NCBI GenBank assembly: GCA_963744995.1
Contig: CAVUWA010000002.1
Coordinates: 448,001 to 512,000 of the forward strand
Source of the DNA: Candidatus Eiseniibacteriota bacterium
GTDB lineage: Bacteria; Eisenbacteria; RBG-16-71-46
Reading direction: 5' to 3'
DNA length: 64,000 bases
Positions 55,367-64,000 of the stretch are shown in pieces; the stretch's first letter is position 1, and every line of letters begins with the position of its first letter. The notes beneath the pieces were generated by a model that was given only the letters and a program-made list of their open reading frames with translations, did no database searches and had not been told where the DNA came from. A program made the position numbers and the translations under genes.

Positions 55367-57094
55367 ATGAAACGACCTGGATGGGTGGCCTGCGCGCTGA
55401 TCGCAGCGCTCGCGGTTCCGGCCATGGCCCAGGCCAGATCTCTGTCAGTCGAGGTCTGGACCGATCGTGGTGACGAAGCCGTCTACGACAAGGGCGATCT
55501 CCTGAAGCTCGGCGTGCGCGCGACCGACGACAGTCACCTGCTCGTCTACGAGATCGACGCCGAAGGCTACGTCAATCTTCTGTTCCCCTACGAGACCAGC
55601 GACTTCATCGAAGCGCGGCAGACCTATCGGATTCCCGATCGGAACTCCGACATGGAGCTGGTCGTCGACGGGCCGACGGGCGAGGGCTACATCGTCGCCA
55701 TCGCCTCGCGCGAGCCGTTCGGCGCCCTGCCCTGGTACCTGCGCCCCTACAACCCGCAGGCTGCGGCACTCGGCTACGAGGGCGATCCCGAAGAGGAGCA
55801 GGGCGTCACCGCGGAGGGCCGCATCGTCGGCGATCCGTTCGTCGCGATGGAGCGCATCCGCCGCCGCGTGCTGACGTCGCCCGACGACGAAGAGTCGTTC
55901 GCCACGGCCTACACCTCCTACTACCTGCACGAGGTGGTCAAGTATCCGCGCTACCTCTGCTACGACTGCCACCGCCCCGGCTACTGGTCGTGGTGGGACG
56001 GCTTCGATCCGTACTACACGACCTGCAGCGCGTTCTCGTTCCGGGTCAATTATTCCTGGTACTGGGGACCGTCGTACTGGTTCGGCAGCGTGCCGTACTT
56101 CGTCTACAACTGCCGCCCCGGCTACGGCTGGCGCGGCCGCACCTGGTACTCGAGCTGGGACGGCTGGGGCTACTGGTCGTCGATCTGGGGCGGTCCGTTG
56201 CGCCGCTACAAGGGTCCCGCGCCGGCCGGCTACATTCCGCCGGAACGTTTCAAGCACGGCACTCCTCCCGGGCTCGTCGCCGCTCACGACCGCCGCAAGG
56301 GCGGCGCCATGATCCTGCCGCGCGGCCACAACGAGCGCGCCGGCGGTGACGACGGCAGGAACGGAACCGGCACCCGGGTCGAGCGCGGTGAGCGCGGCGC
56401 GGTCCGCCAGCCGGCGGGCCAGGTGCGCGGCGACGAAGGCTCGAAGCGTCCCGCGGACGAACGCGGCGGCATCCAGCGCCGCCCCGCGACCCAGCGCGGC
56501 GGCGACGACGGCAGCAGGGGGCCCGCGGCACGTCCGGCGCCGCGTCCCGAGCCCGCCCGCAAGCCGGCCGACCGCCCGAGCGCGGCGCCCGAGCGCAAGC
56601 CGCGTGGCCAGGATACCCCGCGCCCGGCGCCCACGCCCGAGCCGGCCCGCGAGCCGAAGAAGGACGATCCGGCACCGCCGCCGGCGCCCGCGCACAAGCC
56701 CCGCGACGGGGCGCGTCCCGTGCCCGCGAAGGGACGGGACGGCGGACGTGACGGCAACCGCATCGGGTTCGTCGAGCGGGGCGGGGCCCGCATCGTGCAG
56801 TCGGGTGAGGCCGGCCACGGCATCCAGTGGCGTCGCATCGCGCCTGCGCCGCGCGGCACCGTGCGCCAGGCGCCGCGCAGCGTGCAGCGTTCCACGCCGA
56901 TCTGGCGCGGAACGCGCGAGGTGCAGCGGCCCGCCGCGCGCGCCAGCCGGAGCCGGGTGATCCAGCGCAGCGCCCCGGCACCGCGCCCGGCGAAGGCGGT
57001 CCAGCGCAAGGCTTCGCGCCCTGCGCGCGAGGCGCCGGCCCGTGCGGCGAAGTCCGACCGCAACGCTTCGAAAGGCGGGAGAAGGGGGCGCTGA
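55367..57094 (+). CDS. Secreted DUF4384-domain protein with CxxCH, a W/Y/G-rich segment and a basic disordered tail
   Basis: Signal peptide; VWTDR..VY..GD..YEID.EG.V.LLFP..GP.GE...AIAS; CYDCH. Confidence 0.75.
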   Translation: MKRPGWVACALIAALAVPAMAQARSLSVEVWTDRGDEAVYDKGDLLKLGVRATDDSHLLVYEIDAEGYVNLLFPYETSDFIEARQTYRIPDRNSDMELVVDGPTGEGYIVAIASREPFGALPWYLRPYNPQAAALGYEGDPEEEQGVTAEGRIVGDPFVAMERIRRRVLTSPDDEESFATAYTSYYLHEVVKYPRYLCYDCHRPGYWSWWDGFDPYYTTCSAFSFRVNYSWYWGPSYWFGSVPYFVYNCRPGYGWRGRTWYSSWDGWGYWSSIWGGPLRRYKGPAPAGYIPPERFKHGTPPGLVAAHDRRKGGAMILPRGHNERAGGDDGRNGTGTRVERGERGAVRQPAGQVRGDEGSKRPADERGGIQRRPATQRGGDDGSRGPAARPAPRPEPARKPADRPSAAPERKPRGQDTPRPAPTPEPAREPKKDDPAPPPAPAHKPRDGARPVPAKGRDGGRDGNRIGFVERGGARIVQSGEAGHGIQWRRIAPAPRGTVRQAPRSVQRSTPIWRGTREVQRPAARASRSRVIQRSAPAPRPAKAVQRKASRPAREAPARAAKSDRNASKGGRRGR

Positions 57095-57179
57095 GCGATC
57101 CCGCAGGAACCCGGCCCCCCGGCCGGTGTATGATCCCGCAGGCGGGGCCGGTCACCGGCCCCGCCCGCCATTTCGACCC

Positions 57180-58094
57180 ATGACCCTGCACGCACGAATC
57201 GGCGCGGCGCTCCTCGCGGCCGCCCTGCTCGCGGGCCCGGCCCACGCCGGACCCGCGGGTTTCGCTTTCCTCGAGGTGCCGGCCGGGGCGCGGGCCTCCG
57301 CCCTCGGCGGCGCGTACGCGTCGGTGGGACAGGGCGTCGAGGCGGCATTCTGGAACCCGGCGGGCCTCGCGGCGACGCATGGCCTGCAGATCACGGGCGC
57401 CCATTTCGAGCTCGTCGACGGCCTGCGTCACTCGCAGTTCGCGGTGGCGGGCGGGATGCTGGGCGGCGGTCTCAGCGCTTCGATCCGCGCTTTCTACACC
57501 GAACCGATCGAAGAGCGTGACGCGCTCGGCAACGTGATCGGCACGTTCGGCTCGCACGATCTCGAGTTCGGCCTCGGCTACGGTGCGCCGCTCGCGGAAG
57601 GCCTCGACATCGGTCTCAGCACGCAGATCGTGCGCGAGCGCATCGCCAACAGCTCGGCGACCACGTACGCCTTCGGCGCCGGCGTCGGGTGGCGCCCGGC
57701 GCGCCTGCCGAACATGCGGCTCGGCCTGCAGGCCGACCACCTCGGCCCGTCGACCCACTACATGATCGACGGCGTGCAGGGGTCCGACGTGGCGCTGCCG
57801 GCGGCGGTGCAGGGCGGCGGCTCCTACGCGTGGCCGCTCGGCGGCATGCAGCTCGTCGGCGCGCTGGAGGGGCGCTTCACCCACGGCCGTAGCGGCATCG
57901 CGATGCTCGGTGCGGAACTGGCGAGTCCCGTCGGCGCGGCGCTGCGGGCCGGCTTCCGCGCCAACGACGACGCGCAGAACGTGAGCCTCGGCGTCGGGTA
58001 CGCGCACGAGAGTCTGCGCCTGGACTACGCCTGGGTGCCGTTCCGCTACGAGCTGGGCGACACCCACCGCGTCGCCTTCACCGCGCAGTTCTGA
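57180..58094 (+). CDS. PorV/PorQ-family outer-membrane protein
   Basis: FLEVPAGARASALGGA..AAFWNPAGLA, LRAG, LDYA, THR..F. Confidence 0.85.
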   Translation: MTLHARIGAALLAAALLAGPAHAGPAGFAFLEVPAGARASALGGAYASVGQGVEAAFWNPAGLAATHGLQITGAHFELVDGLRHSQFAVAGGMLGGGLSASIRAFYTEPIEERDALGNVIGTFGSHDLEFGLGYGAPLAEGLDIGLSTQIVRERIANSSATTYAFGAGVGWRPARLPNMRLGLQADHLGPSTHYMIDGVQGSDVALPAAVQGGGSYAWPLGGMQLVGALEGRFTHGRSGIAMLGAELASPVGAALRAGFRANDDAQNVSLGVGYAHESLRLDYAWVPFRYELGDTHRVAFTAQF

Positions 58095-58122
58095 CCCCCG
58101 CGCGGCGCTGCGGCCCGCTGGC

Positions 58123-58863
58123 TCAGGCGCCCCGCGACGGCCAGGTTTCGAATCGGAACGCCCCTTCTTCGAGCACGACGTAGCTGAACCGGTCGATCCA
58201 GTCGCCGAGGACGAAGAAGCAGCGATCGGCCTCGCGGCGTTCGAGGGTCTGGTGGAAGTGACCGATCATCACCGCGTCGAAACCCTCGGCGAACCGCGGC
58301 ATCGCGATGTCGCGCCACATCTGGTCGCCGTCGATCGGGCGCGGCTCGCGCGAGCGCCGCGACAGATTGGAGACCCGGTGCGCGAGCGGAAGGCCGAGAT
58401 CGGGGTGCAGCCAGCGATAGAGCGCGATGCTGGCGGGATGATGCAGGATCCGCTTCAGGACCTTGTAGCCGAGATCGCCGCCGAGCAGCCCGTCGCCGTG
58501 GTGCAGCCAGATGCGCCGGCCCTGCAGCGTCAGCGCGAGCGGACCGTCGTGGGTGACGAGCCCGAGGTCCTCGCGCAGGAACGGGCCGAGGTAGAAATCA
58601 TGGTTGCCGTTCATCAGCGTGATTTCGACGCCGGCGCGACGCGCGCGGTCGAGCGCGGCCAGGGTGCGGAAGTGGCTGCGCGGGATCGCAGTCCCGTATT
58701 CGAACCAGAAGTCGAACAGGTCACCGACGATGTAGAGGGAGCGGGCGCGCCCGGGCAGGGCGTCGAGGAAGCCGTGCAGGAGCCGCTCGCGCTCGGCAGG
58801 CGAGCCGGAGTCGTCGGCGCCGAGATGCGCGTCGGAGATGAAGAAAGCGGCCTCGGCGGACAT
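58123..58863 (-). CDS. lpxH: UDP-2,3-diacylglucosamine diphosphatase
   Basis: ISDAHLG, GDLFDFWFEY, GNHD, HGD, GHFH, LGDW. Confidence 0.88.
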   Translation of the reverse strand: MSAEAAFFISDAHLGADDSGSPAERERLLHGFLDALPGRARSLYIVGDLFDFWFEYGTAIPRSHFRTLAALDRARRAGVEITLMNGNHDFYLGPFLREDLGLVTHDGPLALTLQGRRIWLHHGDGLLGGDLGYKVLKRILHHPASIALYRWLHPDLGLPLAHRVSNLSRRSREPRPIDGDQMWRDIAMPRFAEGFDAVMIGHFHQTLERREADRCFFVLGDWIDRFSYVVLEEGAFRFETWPSRGA

Positions 58864-59188
58864 GGCGCGCGAGTCTAGCAAAGTCTCCGCTGCCGACAAG
58901 GCGGGGCGCCGCCGGAACCCCTGCCGGCGCATGGTTGTAAGGAACCTGCGAACCCTGTGCCCGGTGCGCCGGCGGGGTTCAACCCGGAGCGGGGCAGAGG
59001 CATCTAAGGGCGCGAATGGAGGCGTCACGGCCCGCGGCGCCGGCCCGCCGCCGGGGATTTGACCGGCAGGTGACAGGGCAGCGCGCCATGCCGGGATAAC
59101 CTGTTGATGACCCTCTTCATACCTGCCGATCACCAGAGAGGCGCCATGGGGCGCCCGCGGTGATCGGCCCTCAGGAGGAACAGTCCAC

Positions 59189-60697
59189 ATGTCGAGCGTC
59201 CCGCCCACTCCCCACCAGCCCCGGAAGTTCTACGCGGCGGCGTCCATCCTGGTCTTCGTCGGCCTGGTGATCGGCCTCGGCGTCAGCGCCGTCTTCGATC
59301 TGCAGAAGCCCTCGCTGGCGCAGCGTGCCGAGCTGCACGCGACCACGTCTTCGGCGCCGCTGCCGGAAAGCCCCTTCGTCTCGGTCGTCGATCGCGCCCT
59401 GCCCGCCGTCGTGTTCATCGACGTGCGCAAGGAAGTGAGCGCGTCCAACGAGCAGGGCGACGATCTACTGCGGCGCTTCTTCGGCGACGGCACCCGGTCC
59501 CCGCATCCGCGCACGCGTCCGAGCTCAGGTTCCGGCTTCATCATCGACAAGGATGGCCTCATCCTCACCAACAACCACGTCGTCCGTGACGCGAACGACA
59601 TCACGGTGACGCTGAACGACAACCGCCAGTTCAAGGCGAAGGTGGTCGGTGCGGATCCCGAAACCGACGTGGCCGTGATCAAGATCGACGCCGACGACCT
59701 GCCGGTACTCCCGCTCGGCGACTCGGATCAGCTCCGCGTCGGCGACTGGGCGATTGCGATCGGCAACCCGCTCGGCGAGCTCAAAGGCTCGGTCACGGTG
59801 GGCATCGTGAGCGCCCGCGGCCGCTCGAACCTCAACATCTGGGGCGGCACGCCGCAGTTCCAGGACTTCATCCAGACCGACGCCTCGATCAACTTCGGCA
59901 ACTCCGGCGGTCCGCTGTGCAACATTCGCGGCGAGGCGATCGGCGTGAACACCGCGATCAACCCGAGCGGCCAGGGCATCGGCTTCGCGATCCCGATCAA
60001 TCTCGCGCGGCACGTCGCCGAGCAGCTCGTCGCGCACGGCTCGGTGCAGCGTGCCATGCTGGGCGTCTACCTCGCCGAGCTGACCCCGGAGCTGGCGGAC
60101 GGCTTCGGCCTCGACAAGAACCAGCAGGGCGTCCTGATCCAGAACGTCATCGACGATTCGCCGGCGCAGCGCGCAGGGCTCAGGCGTAACGACGTGATCG
60201 TTTCGTTCGACGGCATGCAGGTGAAGGATCTGCAGAAGTTCCGCCTGCGCGTCGCCGACCAGAAGGTCGGCAAGTCGGTGCCGGTGACGGTGCTGCGCAA
60301 CGGCAAGCCCGTGCAGCTGACGGTCAAGCTCGCCGAGCGTGACACCCAGTTCCTCGCCTCCAACACGCCGCAGCAGCAGGGCTCCAGCGGCGACGAGGGA
60401 TCGCAGAAGACCACGACGATGGCGGGCCTCACGGTGCGGCCGATGAGCCGCGCCGAGATGAGCCAGGCCGGCGTCGAGAGCGGCGTGATCATCACCGACG
60501 TCGAGTCGGGCAGCAGCGCGGACGACGCCGGGCTCGAGCCGGGCGACGTGATCGAGGAGGTCGGCGGCCAGCCGGTTTCGACCGCGGAGGCCTTCGCGAA
60601 GCAGATCACGTCCGCCAAGACGAAGGGACGCCATGCCGTCCTGCTCGTGAACCGCGGCGGCAATACTCAGTTTGTCCCGTTGCGTGTCGGCGGCTGA
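59189..60697 (+). CDS. htrA: HtrA/DegP (Do) serine protease with two PDZ domains
   Basis: GSGFII, TNNHV, DVAV, QTDASINFGNSGGPL. Confidence 0.95.
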   Translation: MSSVPPTPHQPRKFYAAASILVFVGLVIGLGVSAVFDLQKPSLAQRAELHATTSSAPLPESPFVSVVDRALPAVVFIDVRKEVSASNEQGDDLLRRFFGDGTRSPHPRTRPSSGSGFIIDKDGLILTNNHVVRDANDITVTLNDNRQFKAKVVGADPETDVAVIKIDADDLPVLPLGDSDQLRVGDWAIAIGNPLGELKGSVTVGIVSARGRSNLNIWGGTPQFQDFIQTDASINFGNSGGPLCNIRGEAIGVNTAINPSGQGIGFAIPINLARHVAEQLVAHGSVQRAMLGVYLAELTPELADGFGLDKNQQGVLIQNVIDDSPAQRAGLRRNDVIVSFDGMQVKDLQKFRLRVADQKVGKSVPVTVLRNGKPVQLTVKLAERDTQFLASNTPQQQGSSGDEGSQKTTTMAGLTVRPMSRAEMSQAGVESGVIITDVESGSSADDAGLEPGDVIEEVGGQPVSTAEAFAKQITSAKTKGRHAVLLVNRGGNTQFVPLRVGG

Positions 60698-60779
60698 GCA
60701 GGCAATCTACGGTAGACAGGGGGGCGGGGGACGGCCACCGAGCGCCGTCCCCCTTCCTGCCAGGGAGGGCAGACCCGTC

Positions 60780-61997
60780 TTGATCCGATTCCGCTTCGCG
60801 GTCGCCACGATGGCGATCGCCTTCGCAGCCGTCACATCCGGCGCCGCGCGCGCCGCCGCCGACCCGGTCACGCTGCAGAGCGTGCGTTCCTGGGCCTCGC
60901 CGACCCACACCCGGGTCGTCTTCGATCTCTCCGACGAAGTCACCCCGATCGCGCCCGACTCCGGCCGCACCGCCGAGCTGGTGATCGCGGTGCCCGGCGA
61001 GGTCGTCAAACTCGCCGACGGCGTCCAGCGCCAGCTCGCCGTGAGCGACGGCGTCGTGGACACGGTCGAGATCCTCACCGTGGGCGGAGCGACCCGCTTC
61101 CGCCTGCGCTTCCACAGCGAAACCGATTTCAAGGCCTTCGACCTCGGTGTCGAGTCGCATAAGCCGTACCGCTTCGTGGTCGACGTGATGAAGCCCGGCG
61201 GCGAGCTCGAGGAGCAGCAGCGGCTCGCCGGCATCGCCGCGAAGAAGCGCGCGGATCGGATCCGGATCGTAGCCGTGGACGCCGGCCACGGCGGTGAGGA
61301 CAACGGCGCCCACGGCACGCGCGGGCTGCGCGAGAAGGACGTCACGCTGGCGATCGCGAAGGAGGTCGTCAAGGCGCTCGACGACGTCCCCGGCATCAAG
61401 GGCGTGCTCACCCGCAACGGCGACTACTTCATTCCGCTGCGCGAGCGTTACCGGCTCGCCGAGCAGATGAAAGCCGACGTGTTCATCAGCATCCACGCCA
61501 ATTCTTCGGCACGCCGCGGCCGCGGCAACGGCACCGAGGTGTACTTTCTCTCGCCGAAAGGGGCGACCGACCAGGCCGTGGCGGACCTGGCCGATGTCGA
61601 GAACGCGGCGGACCTGGTGGGCGGCGTGCCGCCCCAGGCCGAGAACGACCTCGTCAACATCCTCTACGAGGTCAAGCGCGCCGGAGCGCAGAAGCGCAGC
61701 GAGCTGCTGGCGGACGCGCTCCTCGAAGAAGTGGCGGACGACAGCCGTCTCGAGATGCGCGGCGTGAAGCAGGCGGGCTTCGTGGTCCTCAAGTCGGTGG
61801 AATTCCCTTCGGCGCTGGTCGAGGTGGCGTTCATCAATCACCCGACCGAGGGCCAGATGCTGCGTGATCCCAGGTTCCAGCGTCAGACCGGCATCAAGAT
61901 CGCGAAGGGCCTGGAGGACTATTTCCACCGCGCCGGGATCCCGCTCACCGGCGACGGCGGCGGCACCGGCAGCTCCGCCTCGAGGTCCGCGCCCTAG
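60780..61997 (+). CDS. N-acetylmuramoyl-L-alanine amidase (AMIN + Amidase_3)
   Basis: TRVVFD, DAGHGGED.GA, EK.VTL, FISIHAN, LVEVAFI. Confidence 0.92.
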   Translation: MIRFRFAVATMAIAFAAVTSGAARAAADPVTLQSVRSWASPTHTRVVFDLSDEVTPIAPDSGRTAELVIAVPGEVVKLADGVQRQLAVSDGVVDTVEILTVGGATRFRLRFHSETDFKAFDLGVESHKPYRFVVDVMKPGGELEEQQRLAGIAAKKRADRIRIVAVDAGHGGEDNGAHGTRGLREKDVTLAIAKEVVKALDDVPGIKGVLTRNGDYFIPLRERYRLAEQMKADVFISIHANSSARRGRGNGTEVYFLSPKGATDQAVADLADVENAADLVGGVPPQAENDLVNILYEVKRAGAQKRSELLADALLEEVADDSRLEMRGVKQAGFVVLKSVEFPSALVEVAFINHPTEGQMLRDPRFQRQTGIKIAKGLEDYFHRAGIPLTGDGGGTGSSASRSAP

Positions 61998-62097
61998 CGT
62001 TCCCGGGCGCCCGGGGGCGGTGCGGAAGCGGCGGGCGCAGAGTCTTCACGGCGGGGGCCGAGCGGACCCGCGCCGCCGCGGACGCTCCCTGCGAATC

Positions 62098-64000
62098 CTA
62101 CCGGGAGCCCGCCGGGACCGGCGCCTGCACCTCGCGGATCCGCCCGTCGCGGCGCACGTCGAGCGCGCCGTGCTTCGCCGACTGCTGCTTCACCCACGTC
62201 TCGATGGCGTCGCGGATCAGCTGGTTCGTGTCGGTGAGATCGGCGCCGCTGGCGAGGGTGGCATAGTCGTCGCCGCCGGTCGCCATGAAGTTGTTGCAGG
62301 CGACCCGGTACGACTTGGCCGGGTCGAGCGGGACGCCGTTCGCGTCCATCACCTCGATGACGCGCTCGAGCGGCGGCCGGTCGGGATCGAACGTGAAGCG
62401 CATGCCGCTCACCTGCGTGACCCGCCCGCGCACCAGCGCCTCGTCGATGGCGCGCTTCACCTCGGCGCCGGTGAGCGACTCGATCACGATCGTGTTGTCG
62501 AAGGGCATGACCGCGTACACCTCCCCGCGGGTGACGAGCCCCGAGTCGAGGTTGGCGCGCATGCCGCCGGGGTTCTGCATCGCGATGTCCACGCCGCTCG
62601 CGGCGCGCATGGCGTCGGTGATGAGGTTGCCGATGGTGGTCTCGGCGCCGGAACGGTCGAGCGGCTCGCGGCAACGGCCGAGCGGCGTGTTCGCGATCGG
62701 CGCCACGCCTTCGTTCCAGCGCGCGACGCGCGCGACCCACGTCGAATCCGCGGGGAGCTCGTCCACATAGGCCAGCTCGAGCCGCGAGCGGCGCTCGATG
62801 ACGCGGTCGGCCAGCGGATCCACGACCATGTCGCAGACCGCCACGGCACGGCCGAAGGCGCCCGGGATCAGCACCGGCACCCCGTCCACGATGTCGTCGA
62901 TGAAATTGTGGCTGTGGCCGCCGAACCAGGCGTCCACGCCGTGCACGCCGCGCGCGAGCCGTACCAGGTCGCCCTCGCGCGCCTGCCGGTTGCGGCCGGA
63001 CTCGGCGGGCACGTGGCCGACCGCCACCACCACGTCGGCGCCCTCGCGGCCGCGCAGTCGCGGCACGGCCTCGGCGGCGGCGGCGGAATCGCCGTCGAAG
63101 CGGTAGGGCGCCACGTGCGCCGCGAGCGTCACGGTGGGGGTGTGGCGATAGCAGAGCCCCAGCACCCCGATGCGCACGCCGCGGCGCGCGACCAGCGTAT
63201 CGGCGCGAACCCAGCGCGGCACCCGGCCGGTCTTCTTTTCGACCATGTTCGCGCCGAGCGCCGCGAAATGCATGCCACGAATCCGTGCACGCAGGGTGTC
63301 CACGCCCCAGTCGAACTCGTGGTTGCCGATCGCCGTGGCGGCATAGTGCAGGGCGTTCATCTGCTCGACCACGGGGCGCCCGAACTGCAGGTTCGAGATC
63401 ATCGTGCCCTGGAAGCAGTCGCCGCCGTCCAGCAGCACCGTGCCCTCCGGATTCTCGGCGCGCAGCTTCTCGACCAGCGCCGCGAGCGCCACCGTGCCGC
63501 CCCATTCGCGCCCGGCGCGGCGGTCGGTGCCGGGGAAGACCGCGCCGTGGAAATCCGTGGTCTCCAGCATGCGCAGCTCCGGGAAGCGGGTGTTGCAGAT
63601 GATGCCGAGCAGCTGCGCACGGTCGAAGGCGGCCTCCTCCGGGGCACGACGACCCGCCGGCGGCCCGACGCCGGCGCCGGTGCCGGTGGTGAGGCTCTTC
63701 ACGTAGGCGGCATCGCTCCCTTTCGGCCCGATCGCGTAGCCGGCGGCGCGCGCCGCGTTTTCGCACCAGTCGAGCGTGAGCGGACGCCCCGCATCGCCGA
63801 ACGGCTCGAAGCGCTGATGCTCGGCCGTCTCGCCCAGTACCTTCCGCTCCAGCAGCCCGTCGAGCCACGGCTCGAGCGCCGGCGCGACGTCCGAGAACGC
63901 TCCGGAGCGATGCTCGCTGCGCCAGCCGAATGCGCGCGCGAGCCAGTAGGCCAGATCGCCGCGGCGTGCGGGTTCCCGCGCGCCCAGGTGCTTCACTTCG
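62098..64000 (-). CDS. Bifunctional metallophosphatase/5'-nucleotidase with SLH-like N-terminal region (5' end outside window)
   Basis: TDFHG, DGGD.FQG, GNHEFD, GGHSH, NPGGMR, MPFDN, GGDDY. Confidence 0.9.
   Translation of the reverse strand, partial: EVKHLGAREPARRGDLAYWLARAFGWRSEHRSGAFSDVAPALEPWLDGLLERKVLGETAEHQRFEPFGDAGRPLTLDWCENAARAAGYAIGPKGSDAAYVKSLTTGTGAGVGPPAGRRAPEEAAFDRAQLLGIICNTRFPELRMLETTDFHGAVFPGTDRRAGREWGGTVALAALVEKLRAENPEGTVLLDGGDCFQGTMISNLQFGRPVVEQMNALHYAATAIGNHEFDWGVDTLRARIRGMHFAALGANMVEKKTGRVPRWVRADTLVARRGVRIGVLGLCYRHTPTVTLAAHVAPYRFDGDSAAAAEAVPRLRGREGADVVVAVGHVPAESGRNRQAREGDLVRLARGVHGVDAWFGGHSHNFIDDIVDGVPVLIPGAFGRAVAVCDMVVDPLADRVIERRSRLELAYVDELPADSTWVARVARWNEGVAPIANTPLGRCREPLDRSGAETTIGNLITDAMRAASGVDIAMQNPGGMRANLDSGLVTRGEVYAVMPFDNTIVIESLTGAEVKRAIDEALVRGRVTQVSGMRFTFDPDRPPLERVIEVMDANGVPLDPAKSYRVACNNFMATGGDDYATLASGADLTDTNQLIRDAIETWVKQQSAKHGALDVRRDGRIREVQAPVPAGSR

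Noticed and set aside
56340..57094. Repetitive-looking GC-rich tract
   Set aside because: Encodes a low-complexity protein tail; no regular DNA repeat or CRISPR periodicity.

Overview
A very GC-rich bacterial chromosomal segment from a diderm. LpxH, an Omp85-type barrel, a PorV-like barrel and a FlgD/T9SS-type sorting domain point to an FCB-associated lineage such as Ca. Eisenbacteria (inference only). Most genes are housekeeping or envelope genes: the end of a suf Fe-S operon, VIT1, GNATs, a GT2 with a frameshift, GIDE-GIDE-lemA, hsp20-lon, GH1, MFS, a squalene/phytoene synthase, CPBP-tetR, DUF2339, a complete caa3 oxidase operon, initiator tRNA-Met, eno-ftsB, ECF sigma/anti-sigma/bactofilin-like genes, rlmN-ntrY-ntrX-Omp85-DUF4390, arsR-ppx, lpxH, htrA, an amidase and a 5'-nucleotidase. 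No CRISPR array, transposase or integrase was seen. The most unusual locus is 49.9-58.1 kb. A small secreted prepeptide gene with a strong 3' hairpin is followed by a TPR-GAF-AAA+ sigma54 activator. Next come IHF-like sites and a sigma54 promoter in front of a ~415-nt ORF-less, densely base-paired region (candidate new ncRNA). A second sigma54 promoter precedes a lipoprotein / DUF4384-CxxCH / PorV cluster. The layout suggests an undescribed peptide-sensing, sigma54-dependent RNA circuit. Also noted: a second candidate structured RNA (5.55-6.0 kb), three TATGC-N8-GCAWW operator-like sites in arsR-ppx, and several small unannotated ORFs. All structure and promoter calls were made by eye and need computational confirmation.
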